From contig JAIDPA010000188.1 of assembly GCA_029062985.1 (NCBI GenBank), positions 7,684 through 71,683 of the forward strand: DNA of 64,000 bases. The letters run 5' to 3'. The position numbers were made by a program, and so were the translations under genes. This DNA is from Muribaculaceae bacterium. Lineage in GTDB: Bacteria; Bacteroidota; Bacteroidia; Bacteroidales; Muribaculaceae. The notes below the pieces were generated by a model. It did no database searches and was not told the DNA's origin. It worked only from the letters and a program-made list of their open reading frames with translations. Shown here piece by piece: positions 27,428 through 36,814 of the stretch (the first letter of the stretch is position 1; every line of letters begins with the position of its first letter).

Positions 27428-28843
27428 TCAGCCGTCCGTTTTTTTATAAAGCAGGGTCAATTCACCGTCTTTTTCTCTTAGCCACACCTCTTGAATGTTT
27501 TCGCCTTTCTCAATTCTTCCAAGAACGCTTCGCAACATATATCTTTCGGTAAGATCAGGACGGTCAATAATCAGGCGATCGCTTTGTATTAATCCATGCC
27601 CCATCATATTACGAAATGCATTTTTAGGATTTGACGATATGAAACCTTCATGCTCGTACCAATGCTCCCCTATCCTCAGATCCGGGCATTTCCCATAGTA
27701 AATGGTTCCTTTTAGAGAGCCATATATACAATCGTAATCGAACCTTGAGGGACGTGTCATCTTCGGAGAGAGGAACACCTCTTCACCTTGAGACGCAAAA
27801 TATCTGGCAACCTGTATCAGTCTGTCGAAGTCATTGTCTTTCCTGTTGACAAGATCGCTTATTTCAATCGTGCCTTTTCCCCAAGGTATTATCTCACTTT
27901 TTAACTCACCACACTCATGAAGGTATTGACATACTCGGCAGAGCTGGTTGTCAGGAGGGGTCATCCTTGTGAGCTTGGATTTTCCTTTGGCGATGTCGCA
28001 GTCGCGGCATCGACGGATTGTATAAGGGTTATAGTCCGGAACCGTCTTCTGCTCAAGTCCGGGATTGAAGCGGAATATACCCTTGGAATCCCTCTGCAGG
28101 GCTTCATCGCCAAGTCGCATTGCCTCTTCGTGAGGAGTGGCGGGATACTTTGATTTGCGAACCTGAACGACCGTACAGCGGCAGTTCCACCCATTGGGCG
28201 GATAGAACTCTGCCCAAAAAGGATCAGACGGAGGAAGGGTCACTCCATCGAGAGCAGCGTGTTCAGGACGGACCTTATCATCCTTCTGAGTCCTGTATTG
28301 AAGATTGTATCTGTCTCCGTCCTGCATGAACCCCTCCCATTTAGCAGCCATTTCAGCCGATGCTATCACGAAATTATATTCAGCCCGGAGGTAATTGCTG
28401 TTATAGGTCTGGTCTATGCTTCGAACATCATTCAAAAAGCGTTCGAAGGGTTTTCGATCGCCGTTCTCATCAAGCATAGAGGGAAAGGCTTCGTTTAGTT
28501 CGTGGAAAGTCTTCATTCCGGAAAATATCCAGTCGGATCGTTGGAGACGGCGGCGCATGGCATCAGACATAGGCGTTCGCTCGAATGAGGAGTCAAGGAT
28601 CTCAGAGTGGGTGTTGATAAAATCCCGGACATGTGGGTCGGAGAGGATATCAATGGATAGTTCTGCTCCACCGGAATTATACGCAGCCTTCATCATTCCT
28701 TCAAAGAGAGCGGACAACTTCTTCCGGATTTCATCCTCTTGATCCTTGCGACCGGCGATAAAGACCGGCAGAGCCGGAGCGGGGACGGCTTCGCTTGGAT
28801 AGGCACGGGAAAGGATACGTGCATATCGCTGATGCAGCCCCAC
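27428..28843 (-). CDS. MuF (gpF) minor head protein with C-terminal PD-(D/E)XK-like extension
   Basis: VRPEHAALDG, YPPNGWNCRC; tail KCPDLRIGEHWYEHEG; GTG start lies inside a hairpin. Confidence 0.85.
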   Translation of the reverse strand: MGLHQRYARILSRAYPSEAVPAPALPVFIAGRKDQEDEIRKKLSALFEGMMKAAYNSGGAELSIDILSDPHVRDFINTHSEILDSSFERTPMSDAMRRRLQRSDWIFSGMKTFHELNEAFPSMLDENGDRKPFERFLNDVRSIDQTYNSNYLRAEYNFVIASAEMAAKWEGFMQDGDRYNLQYRTQKDDKVRPEHAALDGVTLPPSDPFWAEFYPPNGWNCRCTVVQVRKSKYPATPHEEAMRLGDEALQRDSKGIFRFNPGLEQKTVPDYNPYTIRRCRDCDIAKGKSKLTRMTPPDNQLCRVCQYLHECGELKSEIIPWGKGTIEISDLVNRKDNDFDRLIQVARYFASQGEEVFLSPKMTRPSRFDYDCIYGSLKGTIYYGKCPDLRIGEHWYEHEGFISSNPKNAFRNMMGHGLIQSDRLIIDRPDLTERYMLRSVLGRIEKGENIQEVWLREKDGELTLLYKKTDG

Positions 28844-28857
28844 GTAGTCAGTGGGGC

Positions 28858-30222
28858 TTAATCGAAAAAAGGTCTGCCGTTCTTTTGCTTATCCTTATTG
28901 TCAGATTTATCATCTTCCTTTCCTCCGGGGAGACCGGAAGGCATGGAGAAGTCGCGCCGGTTACCGACAGGCATATTGTATTTGTCGGCGAAATATGAGG
29001 GATCCACATCATAACGGTCTGCAACCATAGTCTCATAGGCAATCTGCTGCTCCGGAGTATAATCAACAGTATCATCCCACTCGAAGCGCAGTCCCTTGAG
29101 AGGAAAGCCATGTTTAACCATACGTGGAATGAGCTGATTGTTGACTATATCACGAAGCATATCCCGATCGGATTCCACGAGGTTCTCGAAGACCTCAAGG
29201 TGAGTTTCTGACTGAGAGAGCGAGGAACCGTCCTCGATAGTCATAGTCTGGCCGATACTTAGCTTAGACAGTTCGGAATTGGCACGGTCAATGCGCTTGT
29301 CATAGACGTTGAAGGCATCTCCCTTGCCGGACTCAACGAACTGCACCTCTGTCTCCATTCCTGTGACCATACCGAGATTGTTCCCGGCATCCTGAATCAT
29401 CTGCTCAAGACGGCGCCACTCCTTCGGGTCGCGGGTCGTGGTCTTCGCCACGCGCATAGGCATACCGAAGATTTCAGCAAAGGCATCCCAAAACGCAAGA
29501 GCGTTCTTTTTGGGAATTGTCTGCTGTGCCGCCTTGAGATATTTACCAAGGTCATCATGTCTTCCGGCTTCAATAAGCCAATCGGAGTATGGCGGCTCAT
29601 GATAGTCAATGCCGGACTGCCAGTCGTCTCCGACATTCTGTACACACCGGTGATATTCCGGAATAACGTGCTTACGCGGAATGAGACTCACACCGTCGTA
29701 GCATAAACAGCCGTCACCATCCTCAGTCAGATTGCCAAGTTCAATGAGGGAATGTCCCCACCACCGGGACTCAAGGCAAAGCTCCATAAGCTGCTTGAAC
29801 CAGGATTGATCAAAGTAGTGTCTTGCTTCCTTGTCTTCATCGCCGGACTTATTTACAAGTTTGAAAGAGCGGGACATAACGAAACCGCGCCTCTGATCGA
29901 TACAGCCGGTAAGATGAAGATCCGCATCCACATCCCGGTATATGTCATAAAGACGCTGACGGTTTGGGTTTTCGACATTGATTGCCATCTGCCAGGCAGA
30001 TCTCCAGTCGGCAATATCCTTGCGGGTCAGGGCATCAGTGGTGCGATGTATCTCCATGACGATGCTCTTAAACTTAGCACCTCCTTCCGGCTTGGCAAGA
30101 TTTATTTCTCCGTATGGAGTCTGAAAGACGATAGGAATTCCTTCTTGAGAGGAGGCTGTCTCCTGAGCGGCTATGTTCTTATTAGAACGAAAATTGTCAA
30201 GGGATTTGTCAAGTAAATTCAT
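28858..30222 (-). CDS. Portal protein (Mu gp29/DUF935-like)
   Basis: WDAFAEIFGMP, SKLSIGQTMT..GSSLSQSETH, VNNQLIPRM. Confidence 0.85.
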   Translation of the reverse strand: MNLLDKSLDNFRSNKNIAAQETASSQEGIPIVFQTPYGEINLAKPEGGAKFKSIVMEIHRTTDALTRKDIADWRSAWQMAINVENPNRQRLYDIYRDVDADLHLTGCIDQRRGFVMSRSFKLVNKSGDEDKEARHYFDQSWFKQLMELCLESRWWGHSLIELGNLTEDGDGCLCYDGVSLIPRKHVIPEYHRCVQNVGDDWQSGIDYHEPPYSDWLIEAGRHDDLGKYLKAAQQTIPKKNALAFWDAFAEIFGMPMRVAKTTTRDPKEWRRLEQMIQDAGNNLGMVTGMETEVQFVESGKGDAFNVYDKRIDRANSELSKLSIGQTMTIEDGSSLSQSETHLEVFENLVESDRDMLRDIVNNQLIPRMVKHGFPLKGLRFEWDDTVDYTPEQQIAYETMVADRYDVDPSYFADKYNMPVGNRRDFSMPSGLPGGKEDDKSDNKDKQKNGRPFFD

Positions 30223-30226
30223 AGCA

Positions 30227-30643
30227 TTACCAATTATGCCGAAGGCGGGGTTCCGAGTGATAGATAGTGCCGAATGAGCCTGAATGATCATCTTCTTCCA
30301 CTGTCGGGAGGTCGGGTATGATCTTGCCGGACTGAACTCCTTCGAGCCAACGGACGGCACGCTCGTAACGCTCCTTGCGGATCTCGGAGCCCATTCGCTG
30401 GGGTTGTGATGCCACGAGATGATAAAGGGCTATATCGGCGGTGTACATGACGATGAGCCGGTTGCGGGCATCCCCTCCGGCAGAAAATATTGCATTGCAG
30501 TCGTAGACCGGGCGCAGATATCCGGATATCTCCTCAACAGCCTCAAGCTCCGCATTGGCACGGTTCTCATCAGAGGCGCGGGATAAAACCTTCAGTGCGT
30601 CCTCTCCTATGACCACACTGTAGTCGTTGTCGGTTAAAAACAT
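30227..30643 (-). CDS. Head-tail adaptor (Mu gp36/DUF1320-like)
   Basis: EISGYL...DIALYHL...RYERAVRWLEGV. Confidence 0.8.
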   Translation of the reverse strand: MFLTDNDYSVVIGEDALKVLSRASDENRANAELEAVEEISGYLRPVYDCNAIFSAGGDARNRLIVMYTADIALYHLVASQPQRMGSEIRKERYERAVRWLEGVQSGKIIPDLPTVEEDDHSGSFGTIYHSEPRLRHNW

Positions 30644-30644
30644 A

Positions 30645-32213
30645 TCACCATGAGTTTTTAGGGTGGCGACGCGGAATCGCCACGGGTTTGAAATTTTCCT
30701 GCCGCGTGTTGCGCTGTATATACCAGATGGCTCCCTCATCGGCATCCGGGGCATCGTCGTGGACACGTGATCCGCGCTCAAGGGCGAGAGTCTGTTCTAT
30801 GCCAACCTCCATATCCGGGGAGTCCTTGAGTGCTTCGTTATAGTAGACATGTCCCCGCTCCCAAAGTGGAGACACGGCCTCGATACGTTGGATCTTCTCA
30901 GGCTTCTTGCGATAGTCGGGCATGATGGGCAGCTGATAGCCCCGGAGCTTCCCTTCGGCCTCAAACTCATCGAGAATTATATCCTGCAGCATGTTGGCCT
31001 CGATGTAGAAGCTCACGGCTGCATTCTCCGGGATGCGCTCATGGAGGTTGTATAGCCAGCGAACCATTCCGGAAACAGTGTCCTGACGTACGTATGTGTC
31101 GATCAGATGCAGTTCCGTTCCGATCTTACCCCACAGGCGACAGGCTTTGTAGTCGTTGGCAGTTGTGGATTTGAACGAAGGGTCGGTATAGCACACAAGC
31201 ATATCGTACTTGTCGAGCTTGGGCATGCGCTTGAACCTTATCCACTCGTGCCGGAATATGGTACCGTCTGTGATAGGATTATGCATCATCTCTTTCTCCC
31301 ATGCCCTATAACCGACAAAGTCTTTATACGCCTGAGCCTCCTCCTTAGTCCATTTCTCTGCCCAGACCGGATTTCCGTCCCGGTCGACCGCTTTGATCTC
31401 CGAGACATGGACACCCTTGGATGCTGCGATATTTGCAAGGACGGAATTCTTGGAGATAAGATTTCCGACCATGATGAACCGACCACGTCCGACATCGAGC
31501 GCACCGAAGAGAGCCTCCTTGACCCAGTCGGTCAAATCCTTCACTCGTTTCTCATTACGGCAGAGTTCATCGTCATCCAAGTCGTCAATGACTATGTAGT
31601 CCGGGCGAGCTTCACGGTCACGAAGACCACGAGGGGACTGACCGCGACCTACTGCCAGGAACTTCGCTCCACCCTTAGTCTTGAATTCCCCCTCAAGCCA
31701 AGAACCGAGATTCTTCTGTTCACCGAAATCAGCTATGAGCTTCTGATTATATTCGAGTTCAGCCTGTAAATCTCCGAGAAGACGGGTCGCGCTGTCTTCG
31801 GATTTACCGACAGTGATCATAAAGTTAATCAGTCTCTTCGGTTGGAATATCAGCCATAGAGGAGTGAATACACCGATATGAGTTGATTTGGCATGACCGC
31901 GAGGCCATTTGAATACAGCCTTGAGGTTTGGTGTATTCCTTATTTTCAGTGCGGCCTTGGAATGGAACGGTGCGTTGTGGATTGTCTTTATGACTTCGCC
32001 GGTGGTCTTGTCGCGCAGGGTAAGGAAATGGGAGAAATAGTATTCGCAGAATTCATCATAGTTAGAGAGGAGCCGTTTGATGCGCTTGTCGCGCTCAACC
32101 GGGGTTTCCTTCGCTACGGCCATAGATACGGCGGTCAGCGTCTGAACTTCGCGGCAGTGTTCCTTCCACCGTTCAAACGCCTCCTTTTGCTCCTTTGTCA
32201 TTTTCGTTCCCAT
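30645..32213 (-). CDS. Terminase large subunit
   Basis: PRGHAKST, RPDYIVIDDLDD, YTDPS, HDDAPDA. Confidence 0.9.
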   Translation of the reverse strand: MGTKMTKEQKEAFERWKEHCREVQTLTAVSMAVAKETPVERDKRIKRLLSNYDEFCEYYFSHFLTLRDKTTGEVIKTIHNAPFHSKAALKIRNTPNLKAVFKWPRGHAKSTHIGVFTPLWLIFQPKRLINFMITVGKSEDSATRLLGDLQAELEYNQKLIADFGEQKNLGSWLEGEFKTKGGAKFLAVGRGQSPRGLRDREARPDYIVIDDLDDDELCRNEKRVKDLTDWVKEALFGALDVGRGRFIMVGNLISKNSVLANIAASKGVHVSEIKAVDRDGNPVWAEKWTKEEAQAYKDFVGYRAWEKEMMHNPITDGTIFRHEWIRFKRMPKLDKYDMLVCYTDPSFKSTTANDYKACRLWGKIGTELHLIDTYVRQDTVSGMVRWLYNLHERIPENAAVSFYIEANMLQDIILDEFEAEGKLRGYQLPIMPDYRKKPEKIQRIEAVSPLWERGHVYYNEALKDSPDMEVGIEQTLALERGSRVHDDAPDADEGAIWYIQRNTRQENFKPVAIPRRHPKNSW

Positions 32214-32214
32214 A

Positions 32215-32685
32215 TCAAGCCAATGCTCCCTTATTAAATGACTCTACAAGATACACATCCTGTAATTTATTTATGGTCTTGAGAAGTTCCGGAGTAATCA
32301 TCGGATCAGACTTGGCACGGAACTCAAGCCACTTGGAGAAAGCCATGAAGACCTCGATGGCATTAACCACATTTGCCTGAGATTTATCGAGCTTGTCGAT
32401 AGCCGATGTCAGCTTAGAGAGTTGGTCTCCAAGGCTGTCGGCGAGTTTGGGCTCAGATTCAACTTTGTCGAGAAGATCACTGACCCGGAGAAGCAACTTT
32501 CTGATAAGTTCCGGACGAGTAATTGTCTTGGCGGCACGGGTCTCTTTCCAACCACCCTCCTTACACCATTTTGAGAGCGACTGCCTCGTGACTCCGACCT
32601 TATCGGCAATCTCGATCTGTTCCATCCCGGACATATATAGCGTCCGGGCAAGATCTTTTTTCTTTTCGAGTTCTGCTTTTGTCAT
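32215..32685 (-). CDS. Terminase small subunit (HTH)
   Basis: EIADKVGVTRQSLSKW; directly upstream of the large subunit. Confidence 0.8.
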   Translation of the reverse strand: MTKAELEKKKDLARTLYMSGMEQIEIADKVGVTRQSLSKWCKEGGWKETRAAKTITRPELIRKLLLRVSDLLDKVESEPKLADSLGDQLSKLTSAIDKLDKSQANVVNAIEVFMAFSKWLEFRAKSDPMITPELLKTINKLQDVYLVESFNKGALA

Positions 32686-32781
32686 AATGAAATTGAATTT
32701 GCGCGATTAACCTCCCGGCAATGACTGACCATCCACCGGAAATTGCAGCAAAATTCGTATGTCCACGCGTGAGGACAAAAA

Positions 32782-32823
32782 AAGTGTGCAATGGTTGCAT
32801 AGAAGTGTGCAACGGTTGCACAC
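32782..32823. promoter_or_regulatory. Tandem palindromic sites in the divergent late-promoter region
   Basis: AAGTGTGCAAyGGTTGCA twice with 21-bp period; GTGTGCAAC-G-GTTGCACAC. Confidence 0.7.
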
Positions 32824-32883
32824 ATTTTTGCCTGACAGGATATTACCGCGTAATATTGCAGCAAATTTTAATGCAAAACCGAA

Positions 32884-33828
32884 ATGGGTAAACGAGTAAG
32901 ACTAACAGATGACAGCCTGAACAGTCATGGAAGCCGGGTTCTGACCTCCGGGGTCGATGTCGCGCAATACGAGCGCAATCCTGTGCTTCTCTACATGCAT
33001 GAGCGTGGTAAGGTCATCGGCTATATGAAGGAGATCGAGGTCAAGGACGGAGAGATTACCGGCGAGCCGGTATTCGACTGCGCCACCGACCTGTCCAAGC
33101 AGTGCAAAAAACAATGGGAGGTGGGGTCTCTCCGTATGGTCAGCATCGGTATCGACGTGCTTGAGCTGAGCGAAAAGCCGGAACATCTCGTGGCAGGGCA
33201 GACCGCTCCCACGATAACGAAGAGCAAGATCTTCGAGACTTCGATTGTCGATATCGGAGCCAATGACAACGCAATAGTCATGCGCCACAACGGAAAGCAG
33301 ATAACGCTGGGCAGGGAGAGCGAGAATCCCCTGCCCCGGCTCAGTAATAAACCTCAAACAACAAAAAAGGAAATGGAACTCAAGACCATCGCCCTCGCAT
33401 TGGGCTTGCCGGAAACGGCAGATGAGGCTGCAGTACTTAGCAAGATCGGTGAGCAGAACCGTACAGTCGCAGAAGTGGAGCAGCTCAAAAAAGAGAAGGA
33501 CGCTCTGACACTCGCACAGGTTACTGCAGCGGTTGAGACCGCAATCAAGGAGAACCGCGTGACCGCAGACAAGAAGGAGCACTTCATCAATCTCGGGAAG
33601 ACAGTAGGCATCGACACCCTGAAGGCCACCCTCGATGCTATGTCGCCGGCAGCGAAGCTCAGCCACGTCATCAACCCGGCTTCCGGATCGACACCCTCTG
33701 CCGGTCAGAAGACCTACAGCAAACTCAGCGAGGTTCCCGAAGATGAGCTGCGCAAGATGCGCGGTGAGAACCCCGATGAATACAGACGTCTGTTCAAGGC
33801 TGAGTATGGCTATCCGTGCAATATCTAA
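32884..33828 (+). CDS. Prohead protease / scaffold
   Basis: NPVLLYMH, LRMVSIG, ETSIVDIGAN; coiled-coil C-terminal part. Confidence 0.85.
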   Translation: MGKRVRLTDDSLNSHGSRVLTSGVDVAQYERNPVLLYMHERGKVIGYMKEIEVKDGEITGEPVFDCATDLSKQCKKQWEVGSLRMVSIGIDVLELSEKPEHLVAGQTAPTITKSKIFETSIVDIGANDNAIVMRHNGKQITLGRESENPLPRLSNKPQTTKKEMELKTIALALGLPETADEAAVLSKIGEQNRTVAEVEQLKKEKDALTLAQVTAAVETAIKENRVTADKKEHFINLGKTVGIDTLKATLDAMSPAAKLSHVINPASGSTPSAGQKTYSKLSEVPEDELRKMRGENPDEYRRLFKAEYGYPCNI

Positions 33829-33849
33829 CCAACAAAATAACAAAGAACG

Positions 33850-34962
33850 ATGAAAACAGCATCAAAAACTATCAATGCCCTGCTCTTCAATGTGCTTATG
33901 GGCGTAATCATCGCAATGGTTATGGGCGTTCCCATTCTTGACGGCATTATCTTTATGGTAGCCATCGGAACCGTTATGAGTTTCGTCCCGACCCCGGTTC
34001 GTGCGCTCCGCGCCGGTGTCTACGCCGAGATTTGGACAGGTGAACTTGTCAAAGCTTTGCGAGAGTTCCTCTCCGGTTCATGGCTTGACGGCATTCCGGA
34101 TCAGTCTTCAATCGTTGAGAACGATATCATCCATCTCGTGGATGTCGGTGTTGACCCGGACGTGCTGATCAACAACACTACTTACCCGATCCCCCTTCAG
34201 GCACTTGAAGACAAGGATATCGCCATTCAGCTCGACAAGTTCCAGACAAAAGTGACACCCGTAACTGATGATGAGCTGTATGCAATCTCTTACGACAAAA
34301 TGACCCGAGTCAAGGAGAGTCATGGTAACGCCATCAATGATGCCAAATTCCGCAAAGCTGCCCATTCTCTATGCGCCCAGAAAAATACTGCCAAAACTCC
34401 TGTCCTTAAAACAACAGGCGAAGCAGATCCCGAAACAGGCCGACTCCGACTGACCGTCAATGACCTCGTCTCACTGAAACGAGCCCTCGACAAGCTGAAG
34501 GTGCCTATTACCAACCGTCGCCTCGTGCTTTGTACTGACCATGTGAACGACCTGCTCCTGACGGATCAGAAGTTCCGCGAGCAGTTCAATATTGACCGCA
34601 ACACCGGAAAGATCGGGAATCTATACGGGTTCGACATATACACATACGGCGACAATCCCCTCTACACCACGGACGGCGAGAAGAAGGCCTTGGACGCAAC
34701 AGTTGAGGCCGGAGAGTTCCAGTGCTCATTCGCCTTCTATACCCATCGCGTGTTCAAGGCAACCGGTTCAACCAAGATGTATTACAGCGAAGCTGCAACA
34801 GACCCGGAATATCAGCGTAACAAGATCAACTTCCGTCATCGCTTCATCGCCATGCCCAAGAAGGCTGATGCTGGTGCTGTAATGATGAGCGGTTACGATG
34901 CAACCAAGGCTCCATCCGAACCGGTTGCACCTAAACAGGAGGGTGATCAGACCAACGGATAA
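33850..34962 (+). CDS. Major capsid protein with hydrophobic N-terminal leader
   Basis: Follows the protease; EIWTGEL, LDKLKVP..NRRLVL, GNLYGFDIY. Confidence 0.8.
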   Translation: MKTASKTINALLFNVLMGVIIAMVMGVPILDGIIFMVAIGTVMSFVPTPVRALRAGVYAEIWTGELVKALREFLSGSWLDGIPDQSSIVENDIIHLVDVGVDPDVLINNTTYPIPLQALEDKDIAIQLDKFQTKVTPVTDDELYAISYDKMTRVKESHGNAINDAKFRKAAHSLCAQKNTAKTPVLKTTGEADPETGRLRLTVNDLVSLKRALDKLKVPITNRRLVLCTDHVNDLLLTDQKFREQFNIDRNTGKIGNLYGFDIYTYGDNPLYTTDGEKKALDATVEAGEFQCSFAFYTHRVFKATGSTKMYYSEAATDPEYQRNKINFRHRFIAMPKKADAGAVMMSGYDATKAPSEPVAPKQEGDQTNG

Positions 34963-35429
34963 TGGCACAGCTCAAGTATCTCGTAATCCACTGCACGGCC
35001 ACACCGGAGGGACGTGACGTAACGCCGGATGACATCCGTCTTTGGCACACCTCCCCGGTTAGTGCCGGAGGCAGGGGGTGGAAGCAGGTCGGATATACTG
35101 ACCTTATCCGGCTTGACGGCACAGTCGAGCGTCTGGTGAACAACAACGAAGATGCCAATGTCGATCCGTGGGAGATCACCAATGGAGCCAAGGGCTACAA
35201 CTACATCAGCCGACACATTGTGTACGCCGGTGGATGTGATAAGTCCAACAAGCCGAAGGATACCCGGACAGCGGCACAGGAGAAGGCTCTTGTCGCCTAC
35301 GTAAAGGACTTCCACCGTCGACACCCCTCTGTGCGCATCATCGGGCATAACGAAATCGCTGCGAAGGCATGTCCGAGTTTTGATGTTCAGAAGTGGCTCA
35401 AGTCAATAGGCATTAACCAAGCAGCCTAA
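34962..35429 (+). CDS. N-acetylmuramoyl-L-alanine amidase endolysin (T7 lysozyme-like)
   Basis: VIHCTAT, IIGHNE, KACPSF. Confidence 0.92.
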   Translation: MAQLKYLVIHCTATPEGRDVTPDDIRLWHTSPVSAGGRGWKQVGYTDLIRLDGTVERLVNNNEDANVDPWEITNGAKGYNYISRHIVYAGGCDKSNKPKDTRTAAQEKALVAYVKDFHRRHPSVRIIGHNEIAAKACPSFDVQKWLKSIGINQAA

Positions 35430-35449
35430 ACCTCACCAACTAAAACCGA

Positions 35450-35956
35450 GTGGCTATGAATTTCAGTGAAATATTAAACATACTTCTTGGCGGAGGCTTG
35501 CTTGCCCTTGTGGTAGGAGTCATCACACTCAAGGCAACCGTCCGGAAGGCAAATGCCGAAGCCGAGAAAGCCAAGGCCGATGCCGAAGGTGTGCGTATCA
35601 CCAACACTGAAAACGCCACCCGGATACTTGTGGAAAATATTGTCAAACCCTTAAAAGAGGAACTCAATGCAACCAGAGAAGATCTTCAGGCAACCAAGAG
35701 GGAAATGGCCTCAACCAAGAGGGAGATGCAGCGTCTGCGTAAGGCTGTCGAGTCTGCATCGAATTGCCCTCATTCTGATGGCTGTCCTGTGTTGTGCAAG
35801 CTGCGCGACAACCAAAAAGACTCATACGGAGGAGAGACAGAGGGAGCAGATCAAAGTGAGCTGCGACACGGCAGCGTCCGTAATAAGAACGATCCAAAAG
35901 GAAGTGGTGCCGTCGAGCAAGGCGGAGATCGCAATCCCCGTCGACAGCCTCCTTAA
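35450..35956 (+). CDS. Membrane-anchored coiled-coil lysis protein (holin or i-spanin-like)
   Basis: N-terminal TM, heptad repeats, CPHSDGCP; follows the endolysin. Confidence 0.6.
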   Translation: MAMNFSEILNILLGGGLLALVVGVITLKATVRKANAEAEKAKADAEGVRITNTENATRILVENIVKPLKEELNATREDLQATKREMASTKREMQRLRKAVESASNCPHSDGCPVLCKLRDNQKDSYGGETEGADQSELRHGSVRNKNDPKGSGAVEQGGDRNPRRQPP

Positions 35957-36266
35957 ATTTCCGAGTCAGGCTGTATATACCCACCATAGCGGCCAAGCGA
36001 CGGCCACTGTCGCAAAGAAAGGGGAAGTCATATACGTAGCCGCCACCTGCGACAGTCTGCAGCGGGAGGTGGAATATTACGAAGAACTGTATTACAAGGC
36101 GAGGGATGCGCTGGAGCAGAAGGAGAGAGAAATGGACAGCGTTGAAACCGCATCCAAACAGAGTTCGGACAGCTTCTTCGACACCCTCTACATCTTCGTA
36201 GTCGGCATTGTCTTCGGAATGGGAATCTCATTTATAATATTCATCATCAAGAAAACGAAACAATGA
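35667..36266 (+). CDS. Lipoprotein with C-terminal TM (u-spanin-like); start uncertain
   Basis: LILMAVLCCASC lipobox and LYIFVVGIVFGMGISFIIFII TM; overlaps the upstream gene in another frame. Confidence 0.65.
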   Translation: MQPEKIFRQPRGKWPQPRGRCSVCVRLSSLHRIALILMAVLCCASCATTKKTHTEERQREQIKVSCDTAASVIRTIQKEVVPSSKAEIAIPVDSLLKFPSQAVYTHHSGQATATVAKKGEVIYVAATCDSLQREVEYYEELYYKARDALEQKEREMDSVETASKQSSDSFFDTLYIFVVGIVFGMGISFIIFIIKKTKQ

Positions 36267-36814
36267 ACAAGGATTTCATGTACGGCGTAGGAGCCGTCAA
36301 GTATAAAGGAGCCCCCGTCGGATATATAGGAAAGGATTCCTTCGACATGGGAGGCACGAAGCCGGAGTCGGCAGAGATAGAAGCCGAGCAGGTTCCGGGC
36401 GCCCCGGTGCTTGTAATTCCTCAGTCAAACGGAAAAATCGCACCCAAGTTTGACATGATACAATTGAACTTCGAGAACCTTCAGCAGCTTCTTGGAGGAG
36501 CCCTTCATAAGGAGTCAACCACTGTTACCGGATGGACTGCTCCTGTGGCAGCTCTCGTTCTTGAAGGACCCTGGCAGATCGATTTGGTTTCAGGGCAGTC
36601 AATCCTTATCCCTAACGCCACGCTGCTTTCTGATCTGGGAGGCAAACTAAGCCTTAAGGAGACAGCCAAGATCGAGGTTGAGTTGAAGGTGGCGATGCCC
36701 TCAGCGGCTGGTACTCCTCCCTATGGTATATTCGAGACAACGAATCTGCCCACGGAATGGAGCGAAGAAAAGGGGTGGCTCCTACCTAAAGAAGTTGCAA
36801 ACACCGGATCTTGA
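36263..36814 (+). CDS. Probable major tail (tube) protein
   Basis: Position before chaperone and tape measure; beta-rich, 183 aa. Confidence 0.65.
   Translation: MNKDFMYGVGAVKYKGAPVGYIGKDSFDMGGTKPESAEIEAEQVPGAPVLVIPQSNGKIAPKFDMIQLNFENLQQLLGGALHKESTTVTGWTAPVAALVLEGPWQIDLVSGQSILIPNATLLSDLGGKLSLKETAKIEVELKVAMPSAAGTPPYGIFETTNLPTEWSEEKGWLLPKEVANTGS

Noticed and set aside
32902-33843. Long antisense ORFs (also 19243-19956, 42458-43186, 44678-45484, 31107-31769)
   Set aside because: Shadows of well-supported genes on the opposite strand.
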